From contig OY761158.1 in NCBI GenBank assembly GCA_963664405.1, positions 6,112,001 to 6,176,000 of the forward strand: DNA of 64,000 bases. Direction: 5' to 3'. Under the pieces are notes generated by a model. That model was not told the DNA's origin. It saw only the letters and a list, made by a program, of their open reading frames with translations, and did not search any database. The translations under genes and the position numbers were made by a program. Origin of the DNA: Thermoanaerobaculia bacterium. Its GTDB lineage: Bacteria > Acidobacteriota > Thermoanaerobaculia > Multivoradales > Multivoraceae. This document shows, in pieces, positions 46,242-56,083 of the stretch. Within the stretch, counting starts at the first letter, position 1. Each line of letters opens with the position of its first letter.

Positions 46242-47477
46242 TCAGAGAGCGGTATCACCCCTGAACAGACGCTGAGCGATGGTGCGAGAGAGGATCTCGT
46301 TGGTGCCGTCGGCGACATTGACGATCCGCAGCGACTGCCAGGCCTCGGTCAGGCCCAGATCGTTGGTGAAGCCGAGGCCGCCGTGGGTCTGGATGGCGCG
46401 GTCCACCGCCCTCACTCCGACCTGAACCGAGTAGGCTTTGGTCATGCTCAGCTCCTTGACCGCCCTCTCGCCGCGGTCGAGAAGCTGGGAGGCATTGAGC
46501 CCCATCAGATGGGCGGCGTGGAGCTCGGTGGCGGATTCGGCGAGAGGAAAGGAGATGCCTTGATACTCGGAGATGGTGCTGCCGAAGGCGACCCGCTCCT
46601 GGGCGTAGCCGAGCGCCTTCTCCAGTGCCCAGCGGCCGTAGCCGACCGCCCGTGCCGAGTTGTAGACCCGGCCCAGTGAGACGCCGTAGAGCGCGGCCCG
46701 GAGTCCCTGGCCCTCCTCTCCCACGATCTGCCAGGGCTCGGCGCGCAAGCCGTCGAAGCCCAGCTCGACTTCGTCGCTGCCGAGATGGCCGAAGATGCGC
46801 AGCACGCGTTTGACCTCGAAGCCGGGCGAGTCGGTCGCCACCAGGAAGGCGGTGATGCCGCCGCGGCCGGCGTCGCGGGCCTGTGGGTCGGTGACCGCGA
46901 AGAGGATGCAGTAGTCGGCCAAGGCGCCGTTGCTTGTCCATATCTTGCCACCATTGATCCGCCAGCCGTCGCCGTCGCGCGTCGCCGTCGTCTGCATCCC
47001 GCTCACGTCCGAGCCGCCGCCGGGCTCGGTGAGCCCGAAGCACATCGATCGGGTGCCGTCCATCAGACCCGGGAGCACTCTTTCCCGCGCTTCGTCTGTC
47101 ACCTTCTCGAGCAATCGACTGGGCCCGAAGGCCCAGTGGGCAAGGGCGTAGAGCATCAGCCAGTGCTTGGGCCCGAAGCGGCGGAAGAGTCGTTGCCAGG
47201 CTGCGTAGTAGGCCAGGTGACCCAGGCCGCCGCCGCCGAGCGCCTCGGGCACACACATCGAGTAGAAGCCCTCCGCCGCCGAAGCGATCCTGACCTCGCG
47301 GATGAGCTCGACGACCTCGTCGCTGAGGCGGCCGTCTTCGCGGTGCAGCCTTCGCGGGTCTTCGAAGAGCGTGGAGTGGTCCTGGTGGCGGGGCCGAATC
47401 TCGCGCTCGGCGAAATCGGCGATGCCTGCGCATGCGGTTTCGATCTCCTCGGGAAGCTCGAAGGCGATGGCGCTCAT
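46242..47477 (-). CDS. Acyl-CoA dehydrogenase
   Basis: FGLTEPGGGSD, INGGKIWTSN, RVAFG, QTHGGLG, ADGTNEI. Confidence 0.9.
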   Translation of the reverse strand: MSAIAFELPEEIETACAGIADFAEREIRPRHQDHSTLFEDPRRLHREDGRLSDEVVELIREVRIASAAEGFYSMCVPEALGGGGLGHLAYYAAWQRLFRRFGPKHWLMLYALAHWAFGPSRLLEKVTDEARERVLPGLMDGTRSMCFGLTEPGGGSDVSGMQTTATRDGDGWRINGGKIWTSNGALADYCILFAVTDPQARDAGRGGITAFLVATDSPGFEVKRVLRIFGHLGSDEVELGFDGLRAEPWQIVGEEGQGLRAALYGVSLGRVYNSARAVGYGRWALEKALGYAQERVAFGSTISEYQGISFPLAESATELHAAHLMGLNASQLLDRGERAVKELSMTKAYSVQVGVRAVDRAIQTHGGLGFTNDLGLTEAWQSLRIVNVADGTNEILSRTIAQRLFRGDTAL

Positions 47478-47568
47478 GGGGCAATGATAGTGCGTGGCGC
47501 GGTCGAGCGTGACCCGGTCGAAGGTAGACTACGCGCCGTTCGCGGAAGAAAACCGGAAGGACGAGCTT

Positions 47569-48579
47569 ATGAGCTATCGAATCCTCTGGCCCTTCATACG
47601 CTGGGCAGACGCGAGGGAAATCGAGATCGAGTCGGTCGGACCTGAGGGCACTGCGGAGTTCGAGCAGTCCTTTGAAGACGTAAGCGACGACCAGTGGGCG
47701 GGCTGCGACGCATTGGTTTGTGGCCCCGACGTGCCACCCGAATATCGTGCGAAGCTCTCGAAGTGCAAGATCTTGGTCACGCCGAAAGTCGGCTTCGACA
47801 ACATTGACCTGCGCGCCTGGGGGGAGCTCGGGATTCCGGTCTCGAACGTGCCGGACTATGGCACCCTAGAAGTGGCCGACCACGCCATCGCCCTCATGCT
47901 GACGCTGATGAAGGGCATCGCCTTCCACACCGATCGCCTGCGCCGGGACATCGCCTCCTCGTGGCAGCCCGCGCTCAACCCCTACGGCAGACGTCTCTCG
48001 GCCTGCTCCTTCGGCGTCGTCGGCTGCGGACGCATCGGCACCGCCGCCGTTCTACGCGCCAAGGCCTTCGGTATGCGATGCGTCTTCTACGACCCCTATC
48101 TGCCGAACGGAGCCGAGCTCGCGCTGGGAGTGGAGCGGGCGCACTCCCTCGCCGCCCTCTTCGCCTCGAGCGATGTGGTCAGCATTCACACGCCGCTCGA
48201 CGAAGACACGCGCGAGCTGATCGATGCCGAAGTGCTGTCGCACTCGAAGGAGGGTCTGATCCTCATCAACACGGCGAGGGGCGGAGTCATCGATCTCGAA
48301 GCGCTCTACGACGCGCTGAAGAGTGGTGGCGTGCAGGCAGCCGGCCTCGATGTCCTTCCTGTCGAGCCCGCGGACATCGGGCATCCTCTCATCCGCGCCT
48401 TTACCGCCGAGGAAGATTGGCTTCACCACCGTCTGCTCCTGACGCCTCACTCCGCATTCTGCACCCCCGAGTCGATGCGCGACATGCGCTTCAAGGGCGG
48501 CGAGGTGGCGATGACCTATCTACGCGAAGGGCGGTTGCAAAACGTCGTCAACCGGGCGTATCTGACGCCCGACTTCTGA
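47569..48579 (+). CDS. CtBP-like D-2-hydroxyacid dehydrogenase
   Basis: VGFDNID, NVPDYGT.EVADH, GCGRIG, NTARG, TPHSAF. Confidence 0.9.
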   Translation: MSYRILWPFIRWADAREIEIESVGPEGTAEFEQSFEDVSDDQWAGCDALVCGPDVPPEYRAKLSKCKILVTPKVGFDNIDLRAWGELGIPVSNVPDYGTLEVADHAIALMLTLMKGIAFHTDRLRRDIASSWQPALNPYGRRLSACSFGVVGCGRIGTAAVLRAKAFGMRCVFYDPYLPNGAELALGVERAHSLAALFASSDVVSIHTPLDEDTRELIDAEVLSHSKEGLILINTARGGVIDLEALYDALKSGGVQAAGLDVLPVEPADIGHPLIRAFTAEEDWLHHRLLLTPHSAFCTPESMRDMRFKGGEVAMTYLREGRLQNVVNRAYLTPDF

Positions 48580-48743
48580 CGCCGCTCGAGTTGCTCTCCT
48601 GCGCTTAGTAGCGGGACCTAGTTCTGCTAGGGTAGATCTAGATTCACTTGGACCCTGCTGACCCTCACCGCGATGGACGATTTTCTCGCTTCGCTGGGCT
48701 GGCTCGAGGCTGAGCCGACACTCCCGGGGGAGCCCGAAGACAG

Positions 48744-51038
48744 ATGACGTTGCCGCAGCCTGGTCCTCATCGGCCCGACATCGACGGCTTGCGGGGAATC
48801 GCCGTTGCCGGTGTGGTCTTGTTTCATCTGGGCTTCACCAGCTTCGGGGGCGGCTTTGTCGGCGTCGACGTCTTTTTCGTCATCAGTGGGTTTCTCATTA
48901 CCCGCCTCATCCTCGATGACCTCGGTGCCGGCCGATTTTCGTTCGCGCACTTCTACGCCCGTCGTGCGCGACGAATCTTGCCCGCGTTGCTGACTACCGT
49001 GGTGCTGAGTCTGCTCGGTGGCCACCTGCTGTTCTCGCCCGCGCACTACGAGAGGCTGGCCCAGGTGGCCTCGTTCGCGACCCTGGCGGCCTCGAACTTC
49101 TACTTCTTCTCGGAGAGCGGGTACTTCGACATCGATTCCAGCGTCAAGCCCCTGCTTCACACCTGGTCGCTCGCAGTGGAGGAGCAGTTCTACGTCTTCT
49201 GGCCGCTCGCCCTCTACCTTTGTTTCAGGCTCGCGCGGCGCTGGATTCCCTTTCTCGTCTGCGCGGCCGGAGTTGTGAGCCTCACCTTCTCGCAATTCTT
49301 GCTTGAGGTCAGCCCCAGCGCCTCCTTTTACCTGGCTCCGTTCCGCGCCTTTGAGCTCTGCCTCGGTGCACTGATGATCTGGGCTCTGCGGGCGCCGCCT
49401 CCCTTCCGCTGGATTGATGAGCTCCTCTTTCTGCTCGGTCTCGGTCTGATGGTCGCGCCGATGGTGCTCTTCAGCGAGAACACCCTCTTTCCCGGTGTCC
49501 GCGCCCTGGTTCCCTGCGGGGGCGCGGCGATCTCGATCTACAGTGGCGGCCGGGCACGTCTGGCGCTTGTGCTGAAAAGCGCGCTCGTTGTCTGGATGGG
49601 GAAGATCTCTTACTCTTTGTACCTGGTGCACTGGCCGGTTATCGTGTTTTACGGTTACTGGAACTTCGGGCCGTTGGACCGGAGCCAGGCCGTCGTTGCG
49701 GCGGCTCTGTCGCTGGTGGCTGCGACGATCATGTTCCGATTCATCGAGACCCCCTTCCGCGAGCGAAGGGTCGAGGCCGTTCGCCTGGCACCTTCGACGG
49801 TGGGGTGCGTGTTCAGCTGTCTCGTCGCCTTGATCATGGTGGGCGCTTCGCTCGTCCGGGGCCAGAACGGGTTTCCCTCGCGTGTCAGGGAGTCGTTTCA
49901 GATCATCCCACGCGCCGGAGACGATTTGAGGCAGGTGCGGGAGCTGTGCAGGATGGTCCCCAACGGCGAGCGCCTGAGGCTGTGCAGGTTCGCCGCCGAG
50001 AGCGACGGGACCTACGACTATGTTCTCCTCGGCGATAGCCACGCGGAGCACTCCTTGTACGGCCTCGATCACGTGCTGCGAGAGAAGGGTCTTTCAGGGC
50101 TCTTCGTGGCGACCGGTGACGACAACGTTCCGCTCGTGGGAGGCGTATTGTTCTCCGGGGGTGTCGCCGGCCGCACCGACACCGACAAGGCTTTCGCCTA
50201 TCTCGACGGGATCGAGTTTCGGCATGTCATCCTGGCGGCGCGTTGGCACCTCTACGTGAACTCCAAGGCCCACGATCAGAGCAGCGCGAGGATCTACAAA
50301 TGGGGAGAGCATCAGGGGGATGACTTGTCCTCTTCGCACGCCGCTCTGGCGGCCGCTACGCAGCATACGGTCGAGCTCTTCCGAGATCGCGGCAAGCCCG
50401 TGTCTATCCTCGGACAGGTTCCACCCTTCGGACCGGATCCCAACCTATGCTTCAACCGCCCGGACTTTCTCAGTGATCTATCGGGGAAGCGGTGTGGCGG
50501 CATGCCGCAATCCAGGGTGGTCGAGATCGCGCGACTCTCCGACGAGCTCTTCGGAAGACTGTCGAAGGAAGTGGGGTTCGAGTTCATCAACCTCACCTGG
50601 GAGCTCTGCAAGGAGGAGTGCTCTTCGGTCATCGACGGTACCTTCATCTACCGCGACGACGATCATCTGAATCGCTTCGGTAGTGCTGTGATTGCGCGCC
50701 GCTTGTTCGAACCCAAGCCCGGGCGGCCGCAGCTCTGTCCTTCGTGTCTGCGCCGCGCGCCGGCCGATTGGAACTCCGCCTCTTCTTCGGCACCCTCGCC
50801 ACCGGCTCCTACCAAAGCGCGCACGGTCGTCGCCGAAGCACCACGACCGACGACGTCGAATCGATCTCGCACGGCTTCCGCAGCGGTGCCGTTGGTTTCG
50901 GGCGCCAAGCAGATCCTGAACTCGACTGGGGGTGGTGCGGGGGCGTTGCTCGACGGCCCTCTCGGCATTGCGGCCGACCCGTCTGGCAACGTCTTCGTCA
51001 CCGGTTTCGCCTCCGACAATGTCTTTCGCATTCAGTGA
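48744..51038 (+). CDS. OafA/OatA-like acyltransferase 3 + SGNH domain, with aberrant C-terminal tail
   Basis: RPDIDGLRGIAV, GVDVFFVISGFLIT, HTWSLAVEEQFY, ISYSLYLVHWP, GDSHA, YRDDDHL. Confidence 0.9.
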   Translation: MTLPQPGPHRPDIDGLRGIAVAGVVLFHLGFTSFGGGFVGVDVFFVISGFLITRLILDDLGAGRFSFAHFYARRARRILPALLTTVVLSLLGGHLLFSPAHYERLAQVASFATLAASNFYFFSESGYFDIDSSVKPLLHTWSLAVEEQFYVFWPLALYLCFRLARRWIPFLVCAAGVVSLTFSQFLLEVSPSASFYLAPFRAFELCLGALMIWALRAPPPFRWIDELLFLLGLGLMVAPMVLFSENTLFPGVRALVPCGGAAISIYSGGRARLALVLKSALVVWMGKISYSLYLVHWPVIVFYGYWNFGPLDRSQAVVAAALSLVAATIMFRFIETPFRERRVEAVRLAPSTVGCVFSCLVALIMVGASLVRGQNGFPSRVRESFQIIPRAGDDLRQVRELCRMVPNGERLRLCRFAAESDGTYDYVLLGDSHAEHSLYGLDHVLREKGLSGLFVATGDDNVPLVGGVLFSGGVAGRTDTDKAFAYLDGIEFRHVILAARWHLYVNSKAHDQSSARIYKWGEHQGDDLSSSHAALAAATQHTVELFRDRGKPVSILGQVPPFGPDPNLCFNRPDFLSDLSGKRCGGMPQSRVVEIARLSDELFGRLSKEVGFEFINLTWELCKEECSSVIDGTFIYRDDDHLNRFGSAVIARRLFEPKPGRPQLCPSCLRRAPADWNSASSSAPSPPAPTKARTVVAEAPRPTTSNRSRTASAAVPLVSGAKQILNSTGGGAGALLDGPLGIAADPSGNVFVTGFASDNVFRIQ

Positions 51039-51092
51039 GCTTGCGGCCTGGCCCCGCCGTTGGCGACGAGCCGGCCGAAGGCGTGGATCTAG

Positions 51093-51696
51093 CGGCCGAC
51101 GTCTCTCGGCCTGCTCCTTCGGCGTCGTCGGCTGCGGACGCATCGGCACCGCCGCGGTCCTGCGCGCCAAGGCCTTCGGCATGCGTTGCACCTTCTACGA
51201 CCCCTATCTGCCGAACGGAGCCGAGCTCGCGCTGGGAGTGGAGCGGGCGCACTCCCTCGCCGCCCTCTTCGCCTCGAGCGATGTGGTCAGCATTCACACG
51301 CCGCTCGACGAAGACACGCGCGAGCTGATCGATGCCGAAGTGCTGTCGCACTCGAAGGAGGGGTTGATCCTCATCAACACGGCGAGGGGCGGAGTCATCG
51401 ATCTCGAAGCGCTCTACGACGCGCTGAAGAGTGGTGGCGTGCAAGCGGCCGGTTTGGACGTCCTTCCCACTGAGCCGGCGGATATCGATCATCCTCTGAT
51501 CCGTGCCTTCATCGCCGAGGAGGACTGGCTTCATCACCGACTACTTCTGACTCCTCACTCAGCCTTCTGCACCCCCGAGTCGATGCGCGATATGCGCTTC
51601 AAGGGCGGTGCGATTGCGGTGACCTACCTACGCGAGGGCAGGCTGCAGAACGTCGTCAACCGGGCTTATCTGCCGCTCGACTTCGACGCGAGCTGA
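51093..51696 (+). pseudogene. 5'-truncated duplicate of the 47569-48579 dehydrogenase
   Basis: Aligns to 47985 onward (offset 3108), near-identical with mostly synonymous changes; no N-terminal region. Confidence 0.9.
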
Positions 51697-51840
51697 TCAC
51701 CAGTGGCGGGACCAAGCGTACTGCTATGGAACGCCTCCTGCCCGGATAGTATCGGTGCCTAGAAGCGCATTACCAACTATGGTGTCCTTTGTCGACACAT
51801 GGGACCGATCGATGTCCCGAGCTCTCTCGTTTCCAGGGAT

Positions 51841-52476
51841 ATGAACGAACCAAGAGACATCTTCGAGATTCTCCACACCACCCGCGCGATGCGGCGACTG
51901 AAGCCCGACCCGCTGCCGGACGAGCTGGTTGACCGAATCCTCCAGGCCGGGATCTCGGCGCCCAGTGGCGGTAACCGGCAGAATTGGGGCTTCGTCGTCG
52001 TGCGCGATCCTGAGATCAAGAAACGGGTGCAGGTCTTCTACAAGCGCGCCTTCGATGAGGTGGTTGGACCGCGTTACGCTACCAGCGATCCACCCCGCGG
52101 AGTCACTAGAGATCAATACCAGCGGCAACATCGGGCAGTCGAGTACCTCACCGATCACTTCCACGAGGCGCCGGTGTGGATTGTCGCCTGCCTGGACTCC
52201 GGCGCGACGCGACCGGGACGGGGCGCCGGCGCGTCGATTTACCCGGCGGTGCAGAACATGCTGCTGGCGGCTCGGGCGTTGGGACTCGGTGCGACGCTGA
52301 CCACGCGGCATATGTTGCACGGTAGGGAGGTTGACGAGATCTTGCGCCTTCCCGAAGGCATACACTCTTACGCGATCGTACCCATCGGCTACCCCATGGG
52401 CCGCTTTGGGCCGGTGCGCCGGTCGCAAAGAGGGATCGTGTTCGAAGACACCTGGGGCGGTCCCCGGAGTGGATAG
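51841..52476 (+). CDS. Nitroreductase-family protein
   Basis: RAMRRLKPDP, APSGGNRQNW.FVVV, QNMLLAARALGLG, IGYP. Confidence 0.9.
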   Translation: MNEPRDIFEILHTTRAMRRLKPDPLPDELVDRILQAGISAPSGGNRQNWGFVVVRDPEIKKRVQVFYKRAFDEVVGPRYATSDPPRGVTRDQYQRQHRAVEYLTDHFHEAPVWIVACLDSGATRPGRGAGASIYPAVQNMLLAARALGLGATLTTRHMLHGREVDEILRLPEGIHSYAIVPIGYPMGRFGPVRRSQRGIVFEDTWGGPRSG

Positions 52477-52485
52477 AGCCCCGGT

Positions 52486-53607
52486 TCAGCGACCCTTGTT
52501 TTCGTAGTACTCCTTTTCCAGCTGCCGGGCCCCACGCAGCATGCCGCCCATCGAGTAGTTGCCTTCGTGGCAGGCGTACTCGAAGAGCCTCTGATCGGTG
52601 CGGGGGAAGGGGAGTGAACCACCGTAAGCGGCTGTCCGGTCCGGGTCTTCGACCTCGAACTCGTACATCAGAGTGTCTTTGTCGATGCGGGTGAAGCGCT
52701 CGACGACGTGCCGGCCTTCGTGAGGCTGGCCGGGGCTGCGCACGAGCGCGGATCCTTCCTTGGAGTAGGCGGCCGCTTCGGGCTTGTGCGGAACGCTGGC
52801 ACGCTTGAAATTGGTAGTGTCGACGACCAGAGTGTCGCCCTCCCACCAGCCGATCGAGTCACCGCCCCAGGAGATCATCTCCGCCGGCAGGTGTTCGGCC
52901 GGGCGCCCGTTGGCGGTGAGGCGTATCACCCGCGCCCAGTGCTGCCACTCGACCAGAATCGTGACGTGGGTGTCAGTCTGTGTGATGGTCTTCACATTGT
53001 TGTAGGTCGTGGGCTGCATCGGTACGGTTGCGCCGCCGCTGTAGAGGCAGCGGGTGGTGTGAGTCTGGTACTCGGGGTGGTCGTATAGGTCGTCGTCGGC
53101 CTCGAGCCACCAAGCGTCGCCCGGGTTCTTGTTGTAGATGCCGAGAGTCCTGGCCTGCATTGCCCTGCCCTGGTCGGAGAGAGGGGGCAGCTGTCCGTTG
53201 GAGGGATTGGTGATCACCGAGTTGCGATACTTGCCATCCACCTTGAAGGCGCCAGAGCCACGATCCCACCAGAATCGATTGTGCCCGCCGATGTTACTCG
53301 GGTGCCCGTCACCACCCGTGGGGGGCGCCGGCCGGTCGCCGTCGATGGGGGCGATGTCGTGCTCGTAACCGTCTGCGGCACTGGAGGCGATGTCCTGGGC
53401 CTCTTCGTCGGTCATATAGGGCGACTCGCCGTACTTGGGATTGCGCGTGAACGGCGTCAGCCATTTGATGTCGTAGGTCCCGGAGAGATCCGGCTTGCCG
53501 TCATGTCGTCGGGGAGCTTCCTCCTCCGCTCCCATGATCGGGGCGTACACCAGGCAGAGAAGGACGATCAGGAATAGTCTCGTTGTTCGCATGTTCGGTT
53601 TCTCCAT
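52486..53607 (-). CDS. Secreted conserved hypothetical protein (PDLSG...YACHEGNY family)
   Basis: Signal peptide; GKPDLSG, GDSIGWWEGDTLVVDTTNF, VVERFTR, FEYACHEGNY. Confidence 0.75.
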   Translation of the reverse strand: MEKPNMRTTRLFLIVLLCLVYAPIMGAEEEAPRRHDGKPDLSGTYDIKWLTPFTRNPKYGESPYMTDEEAQDIASSAADGYEHDIAPIDGDRPAPPTGGDGHPSNIGGHNRFWWDRGSGAFKVDGKYRNSVITNPSNGQLPPLSDQGRAMQARTLGIYNKNPGDAWWLEADDDLYDHPEYQTHTTRCLYSGGATVPMQPTTYNNVKTITQTDTHVTILVEWQHWARVIRLTANGRPAEHLPAEMISWGGDSIGWWEGDTLVVDTTNFKRASVPHKPEAAAYSKEGSALVRSPGQPHEGRHVVERFTRIDKDTLMYEFEVEDPDRTAAYGGSLPFPRTDQRLFEYACHEGNYSMGGMLRGARQLEKEYYENKGR

Positions 53608-53805
53608 TCAGCTTTCATGATCAGACAAGACATTCTTGCGCGGTTTCGCTGTTTCCGCCATCCCTGGTGGAAAGCTTATGCAGAGTCGACGGTGGGCGCT
53701 TGCCGCCTTGGTCGGGGCCATTCCCTGGGAGGAACCCGGCGGGCAAAGCCCGAGCCACGTCGGGCCCGCTGCGCTATATTGCAGCCTTCACGGAGGTAAC
53801 CCCTA

Positions 53806-55221
53806 ATGAAGATGTTCTTTCTTGGTAAGTGGGTCGAGAAGTCGGAGACGATCGAGGTCAAGAACCCCTATGACGGCTCTGTTGTCGATACGGTGCCGAA
53901 GGGCGACGCGGGAGATGTCGACGCCGCCATCGCCGGCGCGGTCGAGGGCGCTGAGATCATGCGTCGGATGCCGGCCTACGACCGGTCGCAGATCCTGCGC
54001 AAGGCAGCGCAACTGATGCACGAGCGCGAGGACGAGCTCGGGCGCGTCATCGCTCAGGAGGAAGGTAAGACGCTGGCCGAAGGCGTCTTCGAGGCCTCGA
54101 GGGCGGTGGAGACGATGGATGTCTCGGCCGAGGAAGCCAAGAGACTGACCGGTGAGGTCCTTCCGCTCGACGGGGCTCCCGGTGCGGCGGGGCGGCTGGG
54201 CATCACGCTGCGGGTTCCCTGCGGCGTCGTTGCGGCGATCACGCCCTTCAACTTCCCCCTCAATCTGGTGTGCCACAAGGTCGGGCCGGCGCTGGCGGCG
54301 GGCAACTCGGTGATCGTCAAGCCCGCAACGGACACCCCGCTCTCCGCCTTGAAGCTGGTAGAGATTCTGCTCGAAGCGGGGCTGCCTCCGTTGGCGATTA
54401 CGTGTGTGACCGGCCCGGGAGGAGAGATCGGTAAGGTCATCTCCGGCGATTCGCGGGTGCGCAAGATCAGCTTTACCGGAAGCCGCGACGTAGGAGAGGT
54501 CATCTGCCGGGACGCCGGTCTCAAGCGAGTGACGATGGAGCTGGGCTCGAACAGTCCGCTGATCGTGATGGAAGATGCAGACATGGAGAAGGTCGCCGCA
54601 GCGACCGTGGCCACCGGCTACTCGAACGCCGGTCAGGTTTGCATCTCGGCCCAACGAGTCATCGCGCTGGACGGTGTGTATGAGGAGTTCCTCGACGCAC
54701 TGACTCCGCAGGTTGCCGCCATCGCCGCCGGAGATCAGCTCGCGGACGGCACCACCATGGGGCCGATGATTCGCGAGAGCGATGCGGTGCGGGTGGGGGA
54801 GTGGATCGACGAGGCCGTGGCCGCAGGGGCTCGCGTGCTCGTCGGTGGAGGCCGGCAGGGCGCTCTACTCGAGCCGACTCTAGTCGCGGACATGCAGCCG
54901 GATATGCGCATCAGTCGCGAGGAGATCTTCGGACCCGCGGTGGGTGTCGCTCGAGCCGCCGATATCGACCAGGCGATCGCCCTGGCCAACGACTCCCGCT
55001 ACGGACTCAGCGCCGCGATTTTCACCCAGAATATCGACTCGGCGCTCAAGTTCGCGCGCGAGGTCGAGTCAGGCAATATTCACATCAACTGGGGGCCGCA
55101 GTGGCGCGCCGATCTCATGCCCTACGGCGGACTGAAAGAGAGCGGCTTCGGTAAAGAAGGACCGAAGTACGCCATCCACGAGATGACCGAGATGAAGACG
55201 GTCATCTTTCACGGGAGTTGA
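53806..55221 (+). CDS. Aldehyde dehydrogenase
   Basis: ITPFNFP, FTGS, ELGSN, GQVCIS, EEIFGP, YGGLKESG. Confidence 0.92.
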   Translation: MKMFFLGKWVEKSETIEVKNPYDGSVVDTVPKGDAGDVDAAIAGAVEGAEIMRRMPAYDRSQILRKAAQLMHEREDELGRVIAQEEGKTLAEGVFEASRAVETMDVSAEEAKRLTGEVLPLDGAPGAAGRLGITLRVPCGVVAAITPFNFPLNLVCHKVGPALAAGNSVIVKPATDTPLSALKLVEILLEAGLPPLAITCVTGPGGEIGKVISGDSRVRKISFTGSRDVGEVICRDAGLKRVTMELGSNSPLIVMEDADMEKVAAATVATGYSNAGQVCISAQRVIALDGVYEEFLDALTPQVAAIAAGDQLADGTTMGPMIRESDAVRVGEWIDEAVAAGARVLVGGGRQGALLEPTLVADMQPDMRISREEIFGPAVGVARAADIDQAIALANDSRYGLSAAIFTQNIDSALKFAREVESGNIHINWGPQWRADLMPYGGLKESGFGKEGPKYAIHEMTEMKTVIFHGS

Positions 55222-55961
55222 GTACGGTGGACGATGGCGAACGCGTGGTTCGTGTCGAAGTCAACGAGGGATGGGCGGAGGTTGTGCTTGACCGACCGCA
55301 GCGTAAGAACGCTCTCACCGGGCCCCTTGCCGTACAGCTGAAGGACGCCGTGATCCGGCTGAACGGCGATGAGGAGATCGCCGCGATCGTGCTGCGGGGC
55401 GAGGGGGGAAGCTTCTGCTCGGGGATCGATCTCAAGGAGCTCCAGGCGGATCCGCCACACCCCTGGGCCGCGGATCTTCAGCGGGATCTTCGTGCAGCGC
55501 ACCTAGCTCTTTTCGCCTGCACAGTGCCGATCTTCGGGGCGTTCGAGCGCTACGGGATCAATGCCGGCGCTGCGGTGGCGCTCGCCTGCGATGTGTTGAT
55601 AGCAGGTGAGTCGGCCTTTCTCCAGATCGGTGAGATCCAGCAGGGGGCCGATATCCCGATCAATGCCGCTTGGCTGCGAATCCGTGTCGGTGAGGCCATT
55701 GCGGCACGGATCACTCTCTACGGCGATCGAGTGCCGGCCTCCGAGCTCTATCGCCTCGGTCTGGTCGCCGAAGTGGTGGCGGACGACGAGGTCCTGCCGC
55801 GGGCCCGCGCCCTTGCCGAGCGTCTCGCGGGATTTCCGAAGGGGAGTCCGGCACAGGTCAAGCGCGCGCTACGGGCCCAGGGAGCGGTCGAGGACCCCGA
55901 GGACTGGTTTCAGCTCGCCTCCGGCGCTGCTCTGCGGAGCGCGGACCAGGTTCGGGACTGA
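55218..55961 (+). CDS. Enoyl-CoA hydratase/isomerase family
   Basis: LDRPQRKNAL, SFCSGIDL, ALACD; overlaps ALDH stop. Confidence 0.85.
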   Translation: MSTVDDGERVVRVEVNEGWAEVVLDRPQRKNALTGPLAVQLKDAVIRLNGDEEIAAIVLRGEGGSFCSGIDLKELQADPPHPWAADLQRDLRAAHLALFACTVPIFGAFERYGINAGAAVALACDVLIAGESAFLQIGEIQQGADIPINAAWLRIRVGEAIAARITLYGDRVPASELYRLGLVAEVVADDEVLPRARALAERLAGFPKGSPAQVKRALRAQGAVEDPEDWFQLASGAALRSADQVRD

Positions 55962-56083
55962 AGCCAGGGCGAGGTCGAATCACCAGTTCGGCGGTCGCAC
56001 CCAGTCGGGGGGCGGTGGAGCGACTTCCTTGGTCTGTATCGGTGGCTCGTGAGCCGCACTGCCGGTCTTGCCTGGGCGCGGGA

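Noticed and set aside
50932-51696. Intact 254-aa dehydrogenase
   Set aside because: Its N-terminus is out-of-frame acyltransferase sequence; homology starts only at 51093.
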